From Aliivibrio fischeri ES114 (GTDB lineage: Bacteria > Pseudomonadota > Gammaproteobacteria > Enterobacterales > Vibrionaceae), in assembly GCF_000011805.1 (NCBI RefSeq), contig NC_006840.2: a stretch of 32,000 nt of DNA; one strand, written 5' to 3'. Positions within the stretch are counted from its first letter, which is position 1; every line of letters begins with the position of its first letter. Both the position numbers and the translations under genes were made by a program. Below the pieces are notes generated by a model. It saw only the letters and a program-made list of their open reading frames with translations. It was not told the origin of the DNA and did no database searches. Below, in pieces: positions 7,972-17,636 of the stretch.

Positions 7972-10098
7972 TTAAATAGGTCTCACACTTTCTTGATCCA
8001 TCTCTGCGCCAAATCGCTGAATAAAGAAATTGACATGTGGATCTTGCTGCAAACTCTGATAAGCCGTTTGCAGTTTAGTTTGATACATTTGCTCACGCAG
8101 CTCTAAAGGTGTTGTTCCTTCGTCACTAATATCGATTGTTACCGTCACTTCTCGATTTAATGTTTGTGTTAGCGCTTGAGTGATCAGCTCATTGGCTTTG
8201 TCGCCATTTAAATGCGATTGTGCTGCTCGTAAATGTAACTTAACTTGGTTATCTTGCTCAACAAATGCTGAATTTAAAACAAGCTGCTGTACTAACTTTG
8301 GTAATGTTAATGACATTGCTAAAGCAGACCAAGTATCTTGTTTTGATGACTCTTCAACAAGCAATTTCACCATTTCAGGCGTTTTTTCATGCTCTAGCGC
8401 TTGTTTTAGTTTCGTTGGAGTAACATCACTCACCACTTTTTTCATTTCTGGTTGAGTTGATTTCCAGCGATACGGCTCTTCTGGTTTTTTCTCTTGTGTT
8501 GCGGAATTTCCAATTTGCGACACCTGAGCACGAGGCGCTAAATGTTGCTTTTCAGCAATACGCTCTAACACTGAACTCGTTTTTTTCTTATCGGATGCCG
8601 CACTAGCCTTTTTTGAGCCAGTACCTGTATTGGTCAAATTGTTTTTTGCACTACGCAATTGGTTACGAACACCTAATAGTCCACTTCGTGGGGCTGGCGT
8701 CTCTTGCATAGGAGACTGCGCTGAAGAAGAATGTTGAGGTGCTTGTGACGCAGATTCACCTGACGGCGTTCCCATAGGAGGCGCATCATACACTGGTGGC
8801 TGCTCAGTTTGCATTGGTGGCACATTCGCTGGCGCATAACCTTGCTGTGTTTGCTGTGGCGTTGTAGGGCGTTGTTGAGACGCCATTGGTCTTTGTGCTT
8901 GAGGCGCAACATTAACAGGAGCTGAAGGGGCTTGTTGTACCCTTGGTGCCGCATTTGTTGTTTGAGGCTCTGTTGATGGTACTGCAATTGGCTGTGCTTC
9001 TAATGCCTGAGCATGTACAGGGCGGAATGCTACCATTCTCAATAACATCATCTCTGCACCAGTTCGCTCATTTGGAGCTAATGGCAAGTCCTTACGACTT
9101 TGCAGTACAATTTGATAAAACAGCTGCACTTCTTGAGGCGATAATTGTGTACTTAAAAGCTCAATACGTTCAGCATCTGGCTGTGTTTTATCTAGAGTTG
9201 CAGGCAACGCTTGATACATAGCTAATTTATGAAGCTGGTTAGCTAACTCTTTCGCTAATCCATCCCATTCAACACCAATATCAGCAAGATCATTTACACA
9301 ATTCATGAGTGTCTGCATATTCTTAGTGCTAATCGCTTCTAGAATACGAATTGCCTGATCGGTATCTAAGGTTCCGAGCATTGCCGATACAATTTCAGCC
9401 GTCACTGAACCGTTACCAAGCGCAATAGCTTGATCAGTTAAACTTAATGCATCACGCATACTACCATCAGCCGCATGAGCTATAAGCCCAAGAGCTCGAG
9501 CTTCTTTTGAGACTTCTTCTTTATCAAGAACAAAGTCTAGCTGCTCATGAATTTGGTCAACACTGATGTGCTTAAGGTGAAACTGTAAACAGCGAGAAAG
9601 GATCGTTACAGGTAGCTTCTGTGGATCCGTTGTTGCTAGTAAGAATTTTACGTATTCAGGCGGCTCTTCCAATGTCTTTAATAAAGCATTGAAACTGTGG
9701 CGAGATAACATATGAACTTCATCGATCAAATAAACCTTAAAGCGACCACGCGCAGGCTTGTATTGAACGTTATCTAATAGTTCACGTGTATCTTCCACTT
9801 TCGTTCTAGAAGCAGCATCGATTTCAAGTAAATCAACAAAACGTCCTTCGTCGATTTCTTTACATGTAGAACACACACCACACGGTGTTGATGTGATCCC
9901 TTCTTCACAGTTCAAACCTTTAGCAAATAAACGCGCAATCGTGGTTTTACCCACACCACGTGTTCCGCTAAATAGATAAGCGTGATGAAGTCGATTATGG
10001 TCAAGTGCGTTTTCCAACGCAGTAAGCACATGGGGTTGGCCAACAACATCTTTAAAATGATGTGGTCGCCACTTCCGTGCCAATACTTGATAGCTCAT
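7972..10098 (-). CDS. dnaX: DNA polymerase III subunits tau (full length) and gamma (via -1 frameshift)
   Basis: MSYQVLARKWRP... N-terminus, P-loop GTRGVGKTT, zinc module CGVCSTC, SRC motif (ILSRC), P/Q-rich linker and tau C-terminal domains. Start set at ATG 10098, which matches the canonical DnaX N-terminus. The track start at 10143 adds 15 non-homologous residues. Confidence 0.95.
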   Translation of the reverse strand: MSYQVLARKWRPHHFKDVVGQPHVLTALENALDHNRLHHAYLFSGTRGVGKTTIARLFAKGLNCEEGITSTPCGVCSTCKEIDEGRFVDLLEIDAASRTKVEDTRELLDNVQYKPARGRFKVYLIDEVHMLSRHSFNALLKTLEEPPEYVKFLLATTDPQKLPVTILSRCLQFHLKHISVDQIHEQLDFVLDKEEVSKEARALGLIAHAADGSMRDALSLTDQAIALGNGSVTAEIVSAMLGTLDTDQAIRILEAISTKNMQTLMNCVNDLADIGVEWDGLAKELANQLHKLAMYQALPATLDKTQPDAERIELLSTQLSPQEVQLFYQIVLQSRKDLPLAPNERTGAEMMLLRMVAFRPVHAQALEAQPIAVPSTEPQTTNAAPRVQQAPSAPVNVAPQAQRPMASQQRPTTPQQTQQGYAPANVPPMQTEQPPVYDAPPMGTPSGESASQAPQHSSSAQSPMQETPAPRSGLLGVRNQLRSAKNNLTNTGTGSKKASAASDKKKTSSVLERIAEKQHLAPRAQVSQIGNSATQEKKPEEPYRWKSTQPEMKKVVSDVTPTKLKQALEHEKTPEMVKLLVEESSKQDTWSALAMSLTLPKLVQQLVLNSAFVEQDNQVKLHLRAAQSHLNGDKANELITQALTQTLNREVTVTIDISDEGTTPLELREQMYQTKLQTAYQSLQQDPHVNFFIQRFGAEMDQESVRPI
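8603..8614 (-). other. dnaX: Candidate programmed -1 ribosomal frameshift site (A_AAA_AAG) with immediate -1-frame stop
   Basis: The minus strand reads TC-A AAA AAG-GC TAG. The heptamer occupies 8614-8608 and is in the correct zero-frame phase (codons TCA AAA AAG). After slippage the reading is AAA AAA GGC TAG (stop at 8605-8603). The site aligns with the E. coli ...TKAKK|SE... frameshift position (here ...TGSKK|AS...). Confidence 0.65.
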
Positions 10099-10141
10099 AG
10101 AATACAGCCCAAAATAAAATAGTTCTAAATCGTAGCACAGC

Positions 10142-10176
10142 AAAAAAATGAGATCTTCCTTGATAGAGAGATCTCA
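10142..10176 (-). terminator. Rho-independent terminator of apt
   Basis: The minus strand reads TGAGATCT-ctctatcaagga-AGATCTCA followed by TTTTTTT. The 8-bp stem is perfect. It starts 26 nt after the apt stop. Confidence 0.75.
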
Positions 10177-10201
10177 CGTAATTAACTGTGTATATGAAGA
10201 A

Positions 10202-10747
10202 TTAGTGACCAGCAAACTCACAAATGCTGTATACGTTTAGACCTAGGCCTTCTAAACGTGTTTCGCCACCAATTTCTGGAAGATTAATAACAAATGCGGC
10301 ATGCTCAACTTCACCACCCAGTTGGCGGATCAGTTTTACCGTTGCTTCAATCGTTCCACCCGTTGCTAATAGATCATCAACAACAAGCACCTTGTCGCCT
10401 TCAACGATCGCATCAGTATGAATTTCTAATGTATCCGTACCGTATTCAAGATCATATGTTTGTGCGATTGTTGGACGAGGCAATTTACCTGGTTTACGAA
10501 CAGGAACAAAGCCAACACCTAACTCTAATGCTAATGGCGCACCAAATAAGAAACCACGAGCTTCTGTACCAACGATTTTAGTAAAACCGCCTTGCTTATA
10601 CTTTTCAACTAATGATTGAATTGTTGCTTGGTATGCTTTTGGGTCTTCCATTAGGCTTGTTACATCACGGAACATAATGCCAGCTTTAGGATAATCAGGA
10701 ATTGATTTAATACTGTTCTTAATCAGTGTTAGTGTTTCTGTAGACAT
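10202..10747 (-). CDS. apt: Adenine phosphoribosyltransferase
   Basis: 181 aa with PRPP-binding motif [14 protein letters not shown]. Apt-like throughout and adjacent to dnaX as in E. coli. Confidence 0.95.
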   Translation of the reverse strand: MSTETLTLIKNSIKSIPDYPKAGIMFRDVTSLMEDPKAYQATIQSLVEKYKQGGFTKIVGTEARGFLFGAPLALELGVGFVPVRKPGKLPRPTIAQTYDLEYGTDTLEIHTDAIVEGDKVLVVDDLLATGGTIEATVKLIRQLGGEVEHAAFVINLPEIGGETRLEGLGLNVYSICEFAGH

Positions 10748-10876
10748 TGTTATTTGACCTGCTTTGCCTCTATTCGGGCTTAAAAATAAATTAACCGGGC
10801 AATGGTATTCACTTTCTTATCCATGAGCAAGTATTACCAAACAAGGTGCGTAGTTGATCAAAGAGTTAATACAAAT

Positions 10877-11245
10877 CTACTCCGAGGTAGGAATCCTTGA
10901 AAAACAGACCAAAAGGACAATAGCAAAACAAAATAGACCTATTTTTACCCATAAAAGTGGAGCAAGAGCAATTGAAATAACAAAACTTAGTATTATCAGA
11001 AAGAATGCTTTTTTCTTTATTGATTTTTTAATCGTTTTTTTCTCTTGCCATTCAACAATCGGAGGACCTAAAGATGGGTGGGTGATCAACCAATGATTTG
11101 CCCGAGGTGATGCCTTCATGAAGCATGCACTGGCTAATAATAAGAAAGGAGTTGTGGGTAAAAGAGGCAGAATAACACCGATTAAACCGATAATAAGCGA
11201 TGTTAATCCAGCAACAAACCAAAATACTTTACGGGTAAAATGCAA
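10877..11245 (-). CDS. ybaN: DUF454 inner-membrane protein YbaN
   Basis: 122 aa with the LPLLPTTPFLLLASACF motif and topology of E. coli YbaN. Syntenic upstream of apt. The only available start is TTG at 11245. Confidence 0.8.
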   Translation of the reverse strand: MHFTRKVFWFVAGLTSLIIGLIGVILPLLPTTPFLLLASACFMKASPRANHWLITHPSLGPPIVEWQEKKTIKKSIKKKAFFLIILSFVISIALAPLLWVKIGLFCFAIVLLVCFSRIPTSE

Positions 11246-11306
11246 ATTAGCCTCTAAAGAATCAAAAAGTTAATTGAAGTGTAAACAACAATGACTTTAA
11301 TCAATT

Positions 11307-12413
11307 CTAAAACGATGTCAATTCTAACTTAAAACTGCTGCATCCCACGTTATTTAATGAAAGACTGTTCATACCTTCTTTCACTGAAAAACGATGAACC
11401 TGATTGGTTGAGGCATGAGTGGTTAATTGGTTATTTGCTCTTAAAACATTACGTTGATTATTACTTTCCCAGATAGCATCCAGACCCGCAGACAAAATAA
11501 ATACCGCTTGCTCAGACAAATCCACATAGCCAAAAACACCAGACATTGCTTGGCTATTTTCCATTGTTCCCATGCCTTTTTCTATGGATGCCACCATTGC
11601 CGATATAGTATTTGTTGACATCTGCTGCTCTCGAATAAAATCATTAAAAAACGCTCTGATCAATAAACAAGAGATAACGCCATTTTCCCCACCGGAATGT
11701 GAATCAACAAGGTAGAAAAATAAACGTCCATCCAATAGCCATTCATAATCAAAGATTAAAGGCATACCATCCGTTGACTGCAATAAACGATAACTTAACT
11801 TCCAATTGGCATGTTGAGCCTCACTTTCAGGTAACAACTCAAACAGTAATTCTCGTCCTACGTTCGGCTCTTCTTGTAAGTATTCTAAATGCCAATGCAG
11901 TTCATCATTACAGCTTTTATCAAGCTCTGATGTTCTAAACCACTGACTAGAAAAATCTTGCATTCTTAACGAGCTTTCTTCACTTAGCTTTAATGCAGAA
12001 GAAAGCGATTTAATTAAAATCGAGACATCACTGATTGGTTTAACAAGAAAATCTTTTGCTCCTAAACGCAACACCTTAGCGACATCTTGCATATCACCAC
12101 TACCTGAAATAACAATGATTGGAAGCATTGGATATTCCAATACCGCTTCCTCTACAAATTCAATGCCATTTAATATTGGCATAGCTAAATCACACAACAA
12201 TACATCAGGTAAAGAATGCTTAAGCATTTGTAAACCTTCAAGGCCGTTGTTCGCTTCTTTAACATTGCATGAATAAGCTTCTAAGACCGCTCTAATCATT
12301 GAACGAAAGATTGGATCATCATCAACAATCAAAATATCTTTGTTTAACAATAAATCTTCTACAGGAGCGTTACCCTCTCCTTCCTTTTTTTTTGTTGCCT
12401 GCTCTACTGACAT
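11307..12413 (-). CDS. rssB: RssB-like response regulator (receiver + degenerate PP2C-like domain; candidate RpoS proteolysis adaptor)
   Basis: The receiver domain has the acidic pocket IVDDD, phospho-acceptor context LLCDLAMPILNG, and KDFLVKPI. The C-terminal domain parallels E. coli RssB in blocks: LFFYLVDSHSGGENGVISCLLIRAFFNDFIREQ vs LAFYCLDVTRAGHNGVLAALLLRALFNGLLQEQ, and FILSAGLDA vs LILVSAGLNA. Start set at ATG 12413 (MSVEQ...), preceded by AGAGGG. Confidence 0.7.
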   Translation of the reverse strand: MSVEQATKKKEGEGNAPVEDLLLNKDILIVDDDPIFRSMIRAVLEAYSCNVKEANNGLEGLQMLKHSLPDVLLCDLAMPILNGIEFVEEAVLEYPMLPIIVISGSGDMQDVAKVLRLGAKDFLVKPISDVSILIKSLSSALKLSEESSLRMQDFSSQWFRTSELDKSCNDELHWHLEYLQEEPNVGRELLFELLPESEAQHANWKLSYRLLQSTDGMPLIFDYEWLLDGRLFFYLVDSHSGGENGVISCLLIRAFFNDFIREQQMSTNTISAMVASIEKGMGTMENSQAMSGVFGYVDLSEQAVFILSAGLDAIWESNNQRNVLRANNQLTTHASTNQVHRFSVKEGMNSLSLNNVGCSSFKLELTSF

Positions 12414-12655
12414 ACTACTACCCTCTGCACGCACCCAAATTCAGTACCTATTATTTTTATTATCTAAAATAAATTTAGTTCGAGATCTAAGTGAGCACAA
12501 ATAATTTTAGCTATCATTATTAATAAAATGCTAAATTAACCGTGAATTTGGACTTTTATTTATAGATTTTCATTTTAGTTGACTTATAACAACACCAACT
12601 CACGCATTTTTGTTACACTTTAGCGCTCTAAAAAACGGGAGAGTATCTTAATATA

Positions 12656-13531
12656 ATGAAATTAGATGATTTGAATTTGTTTCGACAAGTGGTTGAAAAT
12701 GGCAGCTACACTGCAGCTTCAAGAAAAACCCTAATTCCTGTTGCGACAATTACTCGTCGGATTCAAGCTTTAGAAGATTCTTTAGATATTCGCTTACTCA
12801 ACCGCCATGCCAGAAAGTTATCTCTTACTGAAGCTGGCCAAAAGTTTTACGATGAATGCGCCCCTATTCTAGCAACGTTGGTAAATACCAGTGAATATCT
12901 AGGAGAAGAGTGTCGTGGTGCAGCTGGAAAACTTAAGATTGCCGCTCCTTCAAACTTAACTAAACGCATGATCCAACCAATTTTGAATAAGTTTATGCTG
13001 CTTTATCCAGACATTAGCATTAACTTAACCATGAGCAATCAACCTGAGCAACTTGATCCTACCGATTGGGACATTATTTTCCGTGTTGGTAAACAACGAG
13101 ATTCATCTCTTATTGCTCGTCAAATTGGTTCTTTAGAAGACATTTTAGTTGCTAGCCCGAGTTATCTAGAAAAAAACTCAGAGCCGACTCATGCGCAAGA
13201 ATTGCATAAACACAGTTTATTAAAAGGTAATCCTTTAATGCGTTGGCGCTTAACCAATAAAGATGGTGAATCCGTCACAATTACTGACGCTGGGCGCTTT
13301 GAAGCAAGTGAACTTAACGTAATTCGCATGGCTTGTTCGAATGGATTGGGTATTACACTCATGCCAGATATTATGATCAGCCAATATCTAGAAGAAGGCT
13401 CACTTATTAGAGTATTAAGTGATTGGTCTGCAAACCCTCGTGATATTTATATGATCTATAATTACAAAGATCATCAACCAGAAAAAGTACGTTTATTTAT
13501 CGATTTTGTAAGTAACCACATACCTGATTAA
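12656..13531 (+). CDS. LysR-family transcriptional regulator
   Basis: 291 aa. N-terminal wHTH (FRQVVENGSYTAASRKTLIPVATITRRIQALEDSL) followed by a LysR substrate-binding domain. Divergent from rssB. Confidence 0.9.
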   Translation: MKLDDLNLFRQVVENGSYTAASRKTLIPVATITRRIQALEDSLDIRLLNRHARKLSLTEAGQKFYDECAPILATLVNTSEYLGEECRGAAGKLKIAAPSNLTKRMIQPILNKFMLLYPDISINLTMSNQPEQLDPTDWDIIFRVGKQRDSSLIARQIGSLEDILVASPSYLEKNSEPTHAQELHKHSLLKGNPLMRWRLTNKDGESVTITDAGRFEASELNVIRMACSNGLGITLMPDIMISQYLEEGSLIRVLSDWSANPRDIYMIYNYKDHQPEKVRLFIDFVSNHIPD

Positions 13532-13543
13532 TTTACTCTCTAC

Positions 13544-13574
13544 AAAAAAGCCTGTGAAATCACAGGCTTTTTTA
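13544..13574. terminator. Bidirectional rho-independent terminator (LysR gene / purF)
   Basis: aaaaaagcctgtg-aaat-cacaggctttttt: an 8-bp GC-containing stem flanked by an A-run and a T-run, between stops at 13531 (+) and 13587 (-). Confidence 0.85.
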
Positions 13575-13586
13575 TTAAGCAAGAAA

Positions 13587-15101
13587 TTAAATCTCTTCGT
13601 TATAAATATCTAGACTTGCTACGTTTTGTGCTTCGTTGTCTTGTTTTGCATCATCATTACGTAGGCTTTCTAAGTACTCTAGGTAATTCTGGTCAACATC
13701 ACCAGTAACATAATGTGCATTGAAAACAGAGGTTTCAAATTTCTCAATTTCTCTGTTACCGCAACCAACCGCATCAACTAAGTCTGAAAGGTCTTGGAAA
13801 ATAAGAGCATCCGCACCAATCTCGTTGCAAATCTCATCAACTTCACGACCATGTGCAATCAGCTCATTTGCACTTGGCATATCGATACCATATACGTTAG
13901 GGAAACGAATCTCAGGAGCAGCTGACACCATATAAACGTTTTTAGCACCAGAATCACGAGCCATTTCAATAATCTGCTCTGAGGTTGTTCCACGCACAAT
14001 GGAGTCATCAACTAATAAAACGTTTTTATCTTTAAATTCTGAACGAATAGCATTCAATTTACGACGAACTGATTTCTTACGCTCTTGTTGACCTGGCATG
14101 ATAAAAGTACGGCCGACATAACGGTTCTTAACAAAGCCTTGGCGGTAAGGCTTATTGATAATCTGAGCGATTTCTAATGCGATATCACATGATGTTTCAG
14201 GAATAGGCAGTACAACATCAATATCTAAATCATCCCACTCACGCTTAATTTTCTCACCTAAACGCTTACCCATTTCAACTCGTGCACTGTATACCGAAAT
14301 TTTATCAATAAACGAATCTGGACGAGCAAAATAAACAAATTCAAAAATACATGGATTTAACTTTGGTCCATGCGCACATTGTTGAGTATATAAACCCCCT
14401 TCAAATGGAGCATAAATCGCTTCACCCGGTGCAACATCACGAACGAAATCAAAGCCTACTGCATCCAAAGCGACTGACTCTGAAGCCACCATATATTCTG
14501 TGCGACCTTCAATTTCACGCTTACCTAAACATAATGGGCGAATGCCGTTTGGATCTCGAAATGCCACCATGCCATGGCCAATGATCATTGCCGTTACTGC
14601 ATAAGCACCACGAATTTGTTCATGAACTTTCGCTACAGTTTTAAAGATATCATCGTTTGTTAGCGGGTAATTTTTTGATTCATCAAGATGGTGTGCAAAG
14701 ATATTTAATAAAACTTCAGAATCAGAGGTTGTATTTACATGACGACGCTCTTGTTCAAATAACGTTTCACGAATTTCATTTGCATTGGTTAAGTTACCAT
14801 TATGCGCAAGAGTGATACCAAATGGAGAGTTTACATAGAAAGGTTGTGCTTCTGAGGCACTAGAACTACCTGCTGTAGGGTATCGAACATGTCCAATACC
14901 AACGTTACCTTGTAGGCGTTGCATGTGTTTTGTTTCAAACACATCCTTCACCAAACCGTTCGCCTTTCTCAGACGGAAACGATTGCTTTCTATGGTAATA
15001 ATACCAGCAGCATCTTGGCCACGATGTTGTAGCACTGTTAAAGCGTCATAGATTGACTGGTTTACTGGTGTTGCGCCCACGATTCCAACAATACCGCACA
15101 T
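13587..15101 (-). CDS. purF: Amidophosphoribosyltransferase
   Basis: 504 aa with N-terminal nucleophile MCGIVGIVG and PRTase motif [14 protein letters not shown]. Sits in the cvpA-purF arrangement. Confidence 0.97.
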   Translation of the reverse strand: MCGIVGIVGATPVNQSIYDALTVLQHRGQDAAGIITIESNRFRLRKANGLVKDVFETKHMQRLQGNVGIGHVRYPTAGSSSASEAQPFYVNSPFGITLAHNGNLTNANEIRETLFEQERRHVNTTSDSEVLLNIFAHHLDESKNYPLTNDDIFKTVAKVHEQIRGAYAVTAMIIGHGMVAFRDPNGIRPLCLGKREIEGRTEYMVASESVALDAVGFDFVRDVAPGEAIYAPFEGGLYTQQCAHGPKLNPCIFEFVYFARPDSFIDKISVYSARVEMGKRLGEKIKREWDDLDIDVVLPIPETSCDIALEIAQIINKPYRQGFVKNRYVGRTFIMPGQQERKKSVRRKLNAIRSEFKDKNVLLVDDSIVRGTTSEQIIEMARDSGAKNVYMVSAAPEIRFPNVYGIDMPSANELIAHGREVDEICNEIGADALIFQDLSDLVDAVGCGNREIEKFETSVFNAHYVTGDVDQNYLEYLESLRNDDAKQDNEAQNVASLDIYNEEI

Positions 15102-15135
15102 GTCCTAGAGTCCTCAATTTGCTAAAAAACTGGCG

Positions 15136-15627
15136 CTATTTAGCGCCAGGAAGAAAACTTGATGTATCCTTTAAGTAATCGAAGAACCATTCAATTACTA
15201 CCGAGAATTGCGGTATTAATTGTGATTGCTTCCACCACTCTGAATCTGATAAAGAAGTAAAGGCATCAATGAAGAACAGAACAGCGGCTATAATTAACAC
15301 GCCTCTTAATCCCCCAAAAACAATACCTAAAATTCTATCTGTTCCCGACAACCCTGTTTTCTGTACTAATTGACCTACCACGTAGTTCACAACCGCACCA
15401 ACAATTAAGGTTGCCACAAACAAAGCAGCTATCGCACTGCCATTTCTTATCATTTCATCATGTATGTTTGTGAAATAAACAGCTAGCTTTGGATAAAAGT
15501 TACTGGCAATAAAAAATGCACCAAACCAAATAACCAAAGACAACGCTTCTTTTACAAAACCTCTAATCAAACTGATTAAAGCTGACAGGCTAATAACGCC
15601 TAAAATGACAAAATCGATCCAAATCAT
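15136..15627 (-). CDS. cvpA: Colicin V production / membrane protein CvpA
   Basis: 163-aa polytopic membrane protein. Conserved position immediately upstream of purF. Confidence 0.9.
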   Translation of the reverse strand: MIWIDFVILGVISLSALISLIRGFVKEALSLVIWFGAFFIASNFYPKLAVYFTNIHDEMIRNGSAIAALFVATLIVGAVVNYVVGQLVQKTGLSGTDRILGIVFGGLRGVLIIAAVLFFIDAFTSLSDSEWWKQSQLIPQFSVVIEWFFDYLKDTSSFLPGAK

Positions 15628-15674
15628 AATTTATCTTTTCTCTGTTGCTGCGCATTTTAACAGAAAAATCCGCT

Positions 15675-15690
15675 ACGCAAACGTTTTCTT
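15675..15690. promoter_or_regulatory. PurR operator (PUR box) upstream of cvpA-purF
   Basis: acgcaaacgttttctt matches the PurR consensus ACGCAAACGTTTGCGT at 12-13 of 16 positions, with a perfect left half and the central CG. As I recall it, this is the form of the E. coli purF operator. It lies 48-63 nt upstream of the cvpA ATG. Confidence 0.75.
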
Positions 15691-16246
15691 ATGGGTTTAG
15701 TGGTGTAAATTTAAGCAATTGACCATTTAAGCCAGTTATTTCTTTTAATTTTGGCAACAGCTTTTCAAGATCAGGTTTAGAAACATCTGGTCCAACAGCA
15801 ACTCGAACTAAATCACCTGGTTTCGGATCTTTAGGGAAAGTATGCGCTTGATAACCTTGTTTACGCAGTTTAAGAGCAAGATTTTTTGCGTTATCTGCGT
15901 TTCTAAATACACCTAATTGAATGATCCATGCACTTTTTGCATAATCAACTTTCGAAGGTTGCGGCTGTTTTTTCTCAACAATCGTTAACGTCTCTTTTTC
16001 AGGCTCAGCTGGTGACGATTTAATTGTAACTTCAACTGGCTCTCCAGGAAGTTCAGCATCAAAATCCACAGGTTCTTGGATTTCGAATTGCTCTACATCT
16101 TTAGAAAGTTCAGGCTTAATTGGAATACTTGCAAACTCTTCTTGATAATGTTTCTTCTTACCATCAAATACATCAGGTAAAACAATTACCCCAATAGCAA
16201 CCAATATTATGGTTCCGACTAAACGTCGTTGAAATGGACTAGACAC
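15689..16246 (-). CDS. dedD: SPOR-domain cell-division protein DedD
   Basis: 185 aa. Single N-terminal TM helix (LVGTIILVAIGVIVLP), a P/E-rich linker and a C-terminal SPOR domain (WIIQLGVFRNADNAKNLALKLRKQGY). Syntenic between folC and cvpA. Confidence 0.85.
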   Translation of the reverse strand: MSSPFQRRLVGTIILVAIGVIVLPDVFDGKKKHYQEEFASIPIKPELSKDVEQFEIQEPVDFDAELPGEPVEVTIKSSPAEPEKETLTIVEKKQPQPSKVDYAKSAWIIQLGVFRNADNAKNLALKLRKQGYQAHTFPKDPKPGDLVRVAVGPDVSKPDLEKLLPKLKEITGLNGQLLKFTPLNP

Positions 16247-16255
16247 TCATATTCC

Positions 16256-17536
16256 TCATGCTTCTTTTTTCCAATAATCCCATACTTCACCGACAGTGTG
16301 GAATGATCCGAAGACTAAAATTAAATCATCATTTTCAGCCTGCTGTAATGCTACTTTAAAAGCATCAACAGGTGATGAATATTCTGTTATTTCTTTTGAT
16401 AAAACAGCAGTTAACTCACTTGCGTTAGCCGCTCTTGGACCTGATAACGATGCAGGATACCAAACATCAATCACTCCCGTGAACTCACTCAGGGTCGATT
16501 TAATGTCTTTATCATGCAACATACCTACTACCGCATGTATTTTCTTATTTGGGAAACGCTGTCTTACTTGCTGTACAAGATAGTGCGCTGAATGTGGGTT
16601 ATGCGCAACATCAAGAATAATCGTAGGCTCAAGTTCAGAGTTACCACAAGTTAATCGTTGCATTCTTCCTGGTAACGTTGCTAATGTTAGGCCTTCAACA
16701 ATATTAACATCACTCAATTCTAATCCAGAAACCCCTAATGCCATAATCGCTGTTGCTGCATTAGCTAATGGTAGATTTGGTAATGGTAAATTATCTAAAT
16801 CAAATGCTCCACTCTTCCATGACCATGTTTGAGTTTCTGCATCGACTTTATAATCAAATTGATAACCAACTTGATATAGTTCAGCATTAATATCATCAGC
16901 ATGAGCAGCGACACTTGAAGGAGGATTAGGTTGACCACAAATAGCTGGTTTTTCTGAACGGAAAATGCCAGCCTTTTCAAAACCAATCACTTCAATATCA
17001 TCACCCAACCAATCAACGTGATCAACGGCTAGGCTTGTAATAATTGATACATCATGATCAACAACATTAGTTGCATCTAAGCGTCCACCAAGACCAACTT
17101 CAAGTAAAACCACGTCAACTTGATGTGCTTTAAAAGCCCAAAGAGCTGAAAGAGTTCCAAATTCGAAAAGGCTAAGTGAAATATCTTTACGCCACGCTTC
17201 AATTGCAGCAAAAGATTGAGTGATAAGAGAATCAGATAAATCGTTACCATTAATACGAATACGTTCATTGTAACGAATAAGGTGAGGAGAACTATAAACA
17301 CCAACGCGGTAGCCGGCATTAATTAAAATAGATTCCATTAATGCACACGTTGAGCCTTTACCGTTTGTTCCTGCAACAGTAATTACCGTAGGTGCTGGTT
17401 TAGTTAATTTTGCTCGTTGTGCAACACGCTGAACACGGTCTAAACCCAAATCTATTGCACTAGTATGAATGCTTTCTAAATAACGAAGCCACACCGATAA
17501 ATCAGATGTGGCTTTCGGAGAATCAAATGTTGTCAT
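16256..17536 (-). CDS. folC: Bifunctional folylpolyglutamate synthase / dihydrofolate synthase
   Basis: 426 aa with the Mur-ligase P-loop VAGTNGKGST. FolC-like throughout and located downstream of accD. Confidence 0.95.
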   Translation of the reverse strand: MTTFDSPKATSDLSVWLRYLESIHTSAIDLGLDRVQRVAQRAKLTKPAPTVITVAGTNGKGSTCALMESILINAGYRVGVYSSPHLIRYNERIRINGNDLSDSLITQSFAAIEAWRKDISLSLFEFGTLSALWAFKAHQVDVVLLEVGLGGRLDATNVVDHDVSIITSLAVDHVDWLGDDIEVIGFEKAGIFRSEKPAICGQPNPPSSVAAHADDINAELYQVGYQFDYKVDAETQTWSWKSGAFDLDNLPLPNLPLANAATAIMALGVSGLELSDVNIVEGLTLATLPGRMQRLTCGNSELEPTIILDVAHNPHSAHYLVQQVRQRFPNKKIHAVVGMLHDKDIKSTLSEFTGVIDVWYPASLSGPRAANASELTAVLSKEITEYSSPVDAFKVALQQAENDDLILVFGSFHTVGEVWDYWKKEA

Positions 17537-17636
17537 AATTCAACTACTTCACTAACGAATATAGTGACAGTATATATGACTTAGGTTGCTGTTTTAAAGT
17601 AAGAACTAACAACCTTGGTCCCATTTGATTTAATTC

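Noticed and set aside
8673-9221. 104-aa (-) and 92-aa (+) ORFs inside dnaX
   Set aside because: These are alternative-frame or antisense ORFs over the P/Q-rich tau linker. They are composition-driven and have no start signals.
10099-10143. N-terminal extensions in the ORF track: dnaX (10099-10143), accD (18522-18575), minC (31060-31116), ALDH (4012-4068), rssB (12414-12434)
   Set aside because: In each case an internal ATG reproduces the canonical family N-terminus ([35 protein letters not shown], and so on). An SD-like purine run precedes the ATG in three of the five (clear for rssB and accD, weak for ALDH); I did not find one for dnaX or minC. The extensions have no homologous counterpart.
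10854-11096. 80-aa + strand ORF
   Set aside because: It is antisense to ybaN (DUF454), which has clear homology and synteny.
12495-12530. Fur-box-like (ATCATTATT) and LysR T-N11-A-like (TTAG-N8-CTAA, TTTAGC-N18-GCTAAA) strings in the rssB/LysR divergent region
   Set aside because: These are half-site-level matches in a very AT-rich 240-bp spacer. They are expected by chance and have no second half-site of quality.
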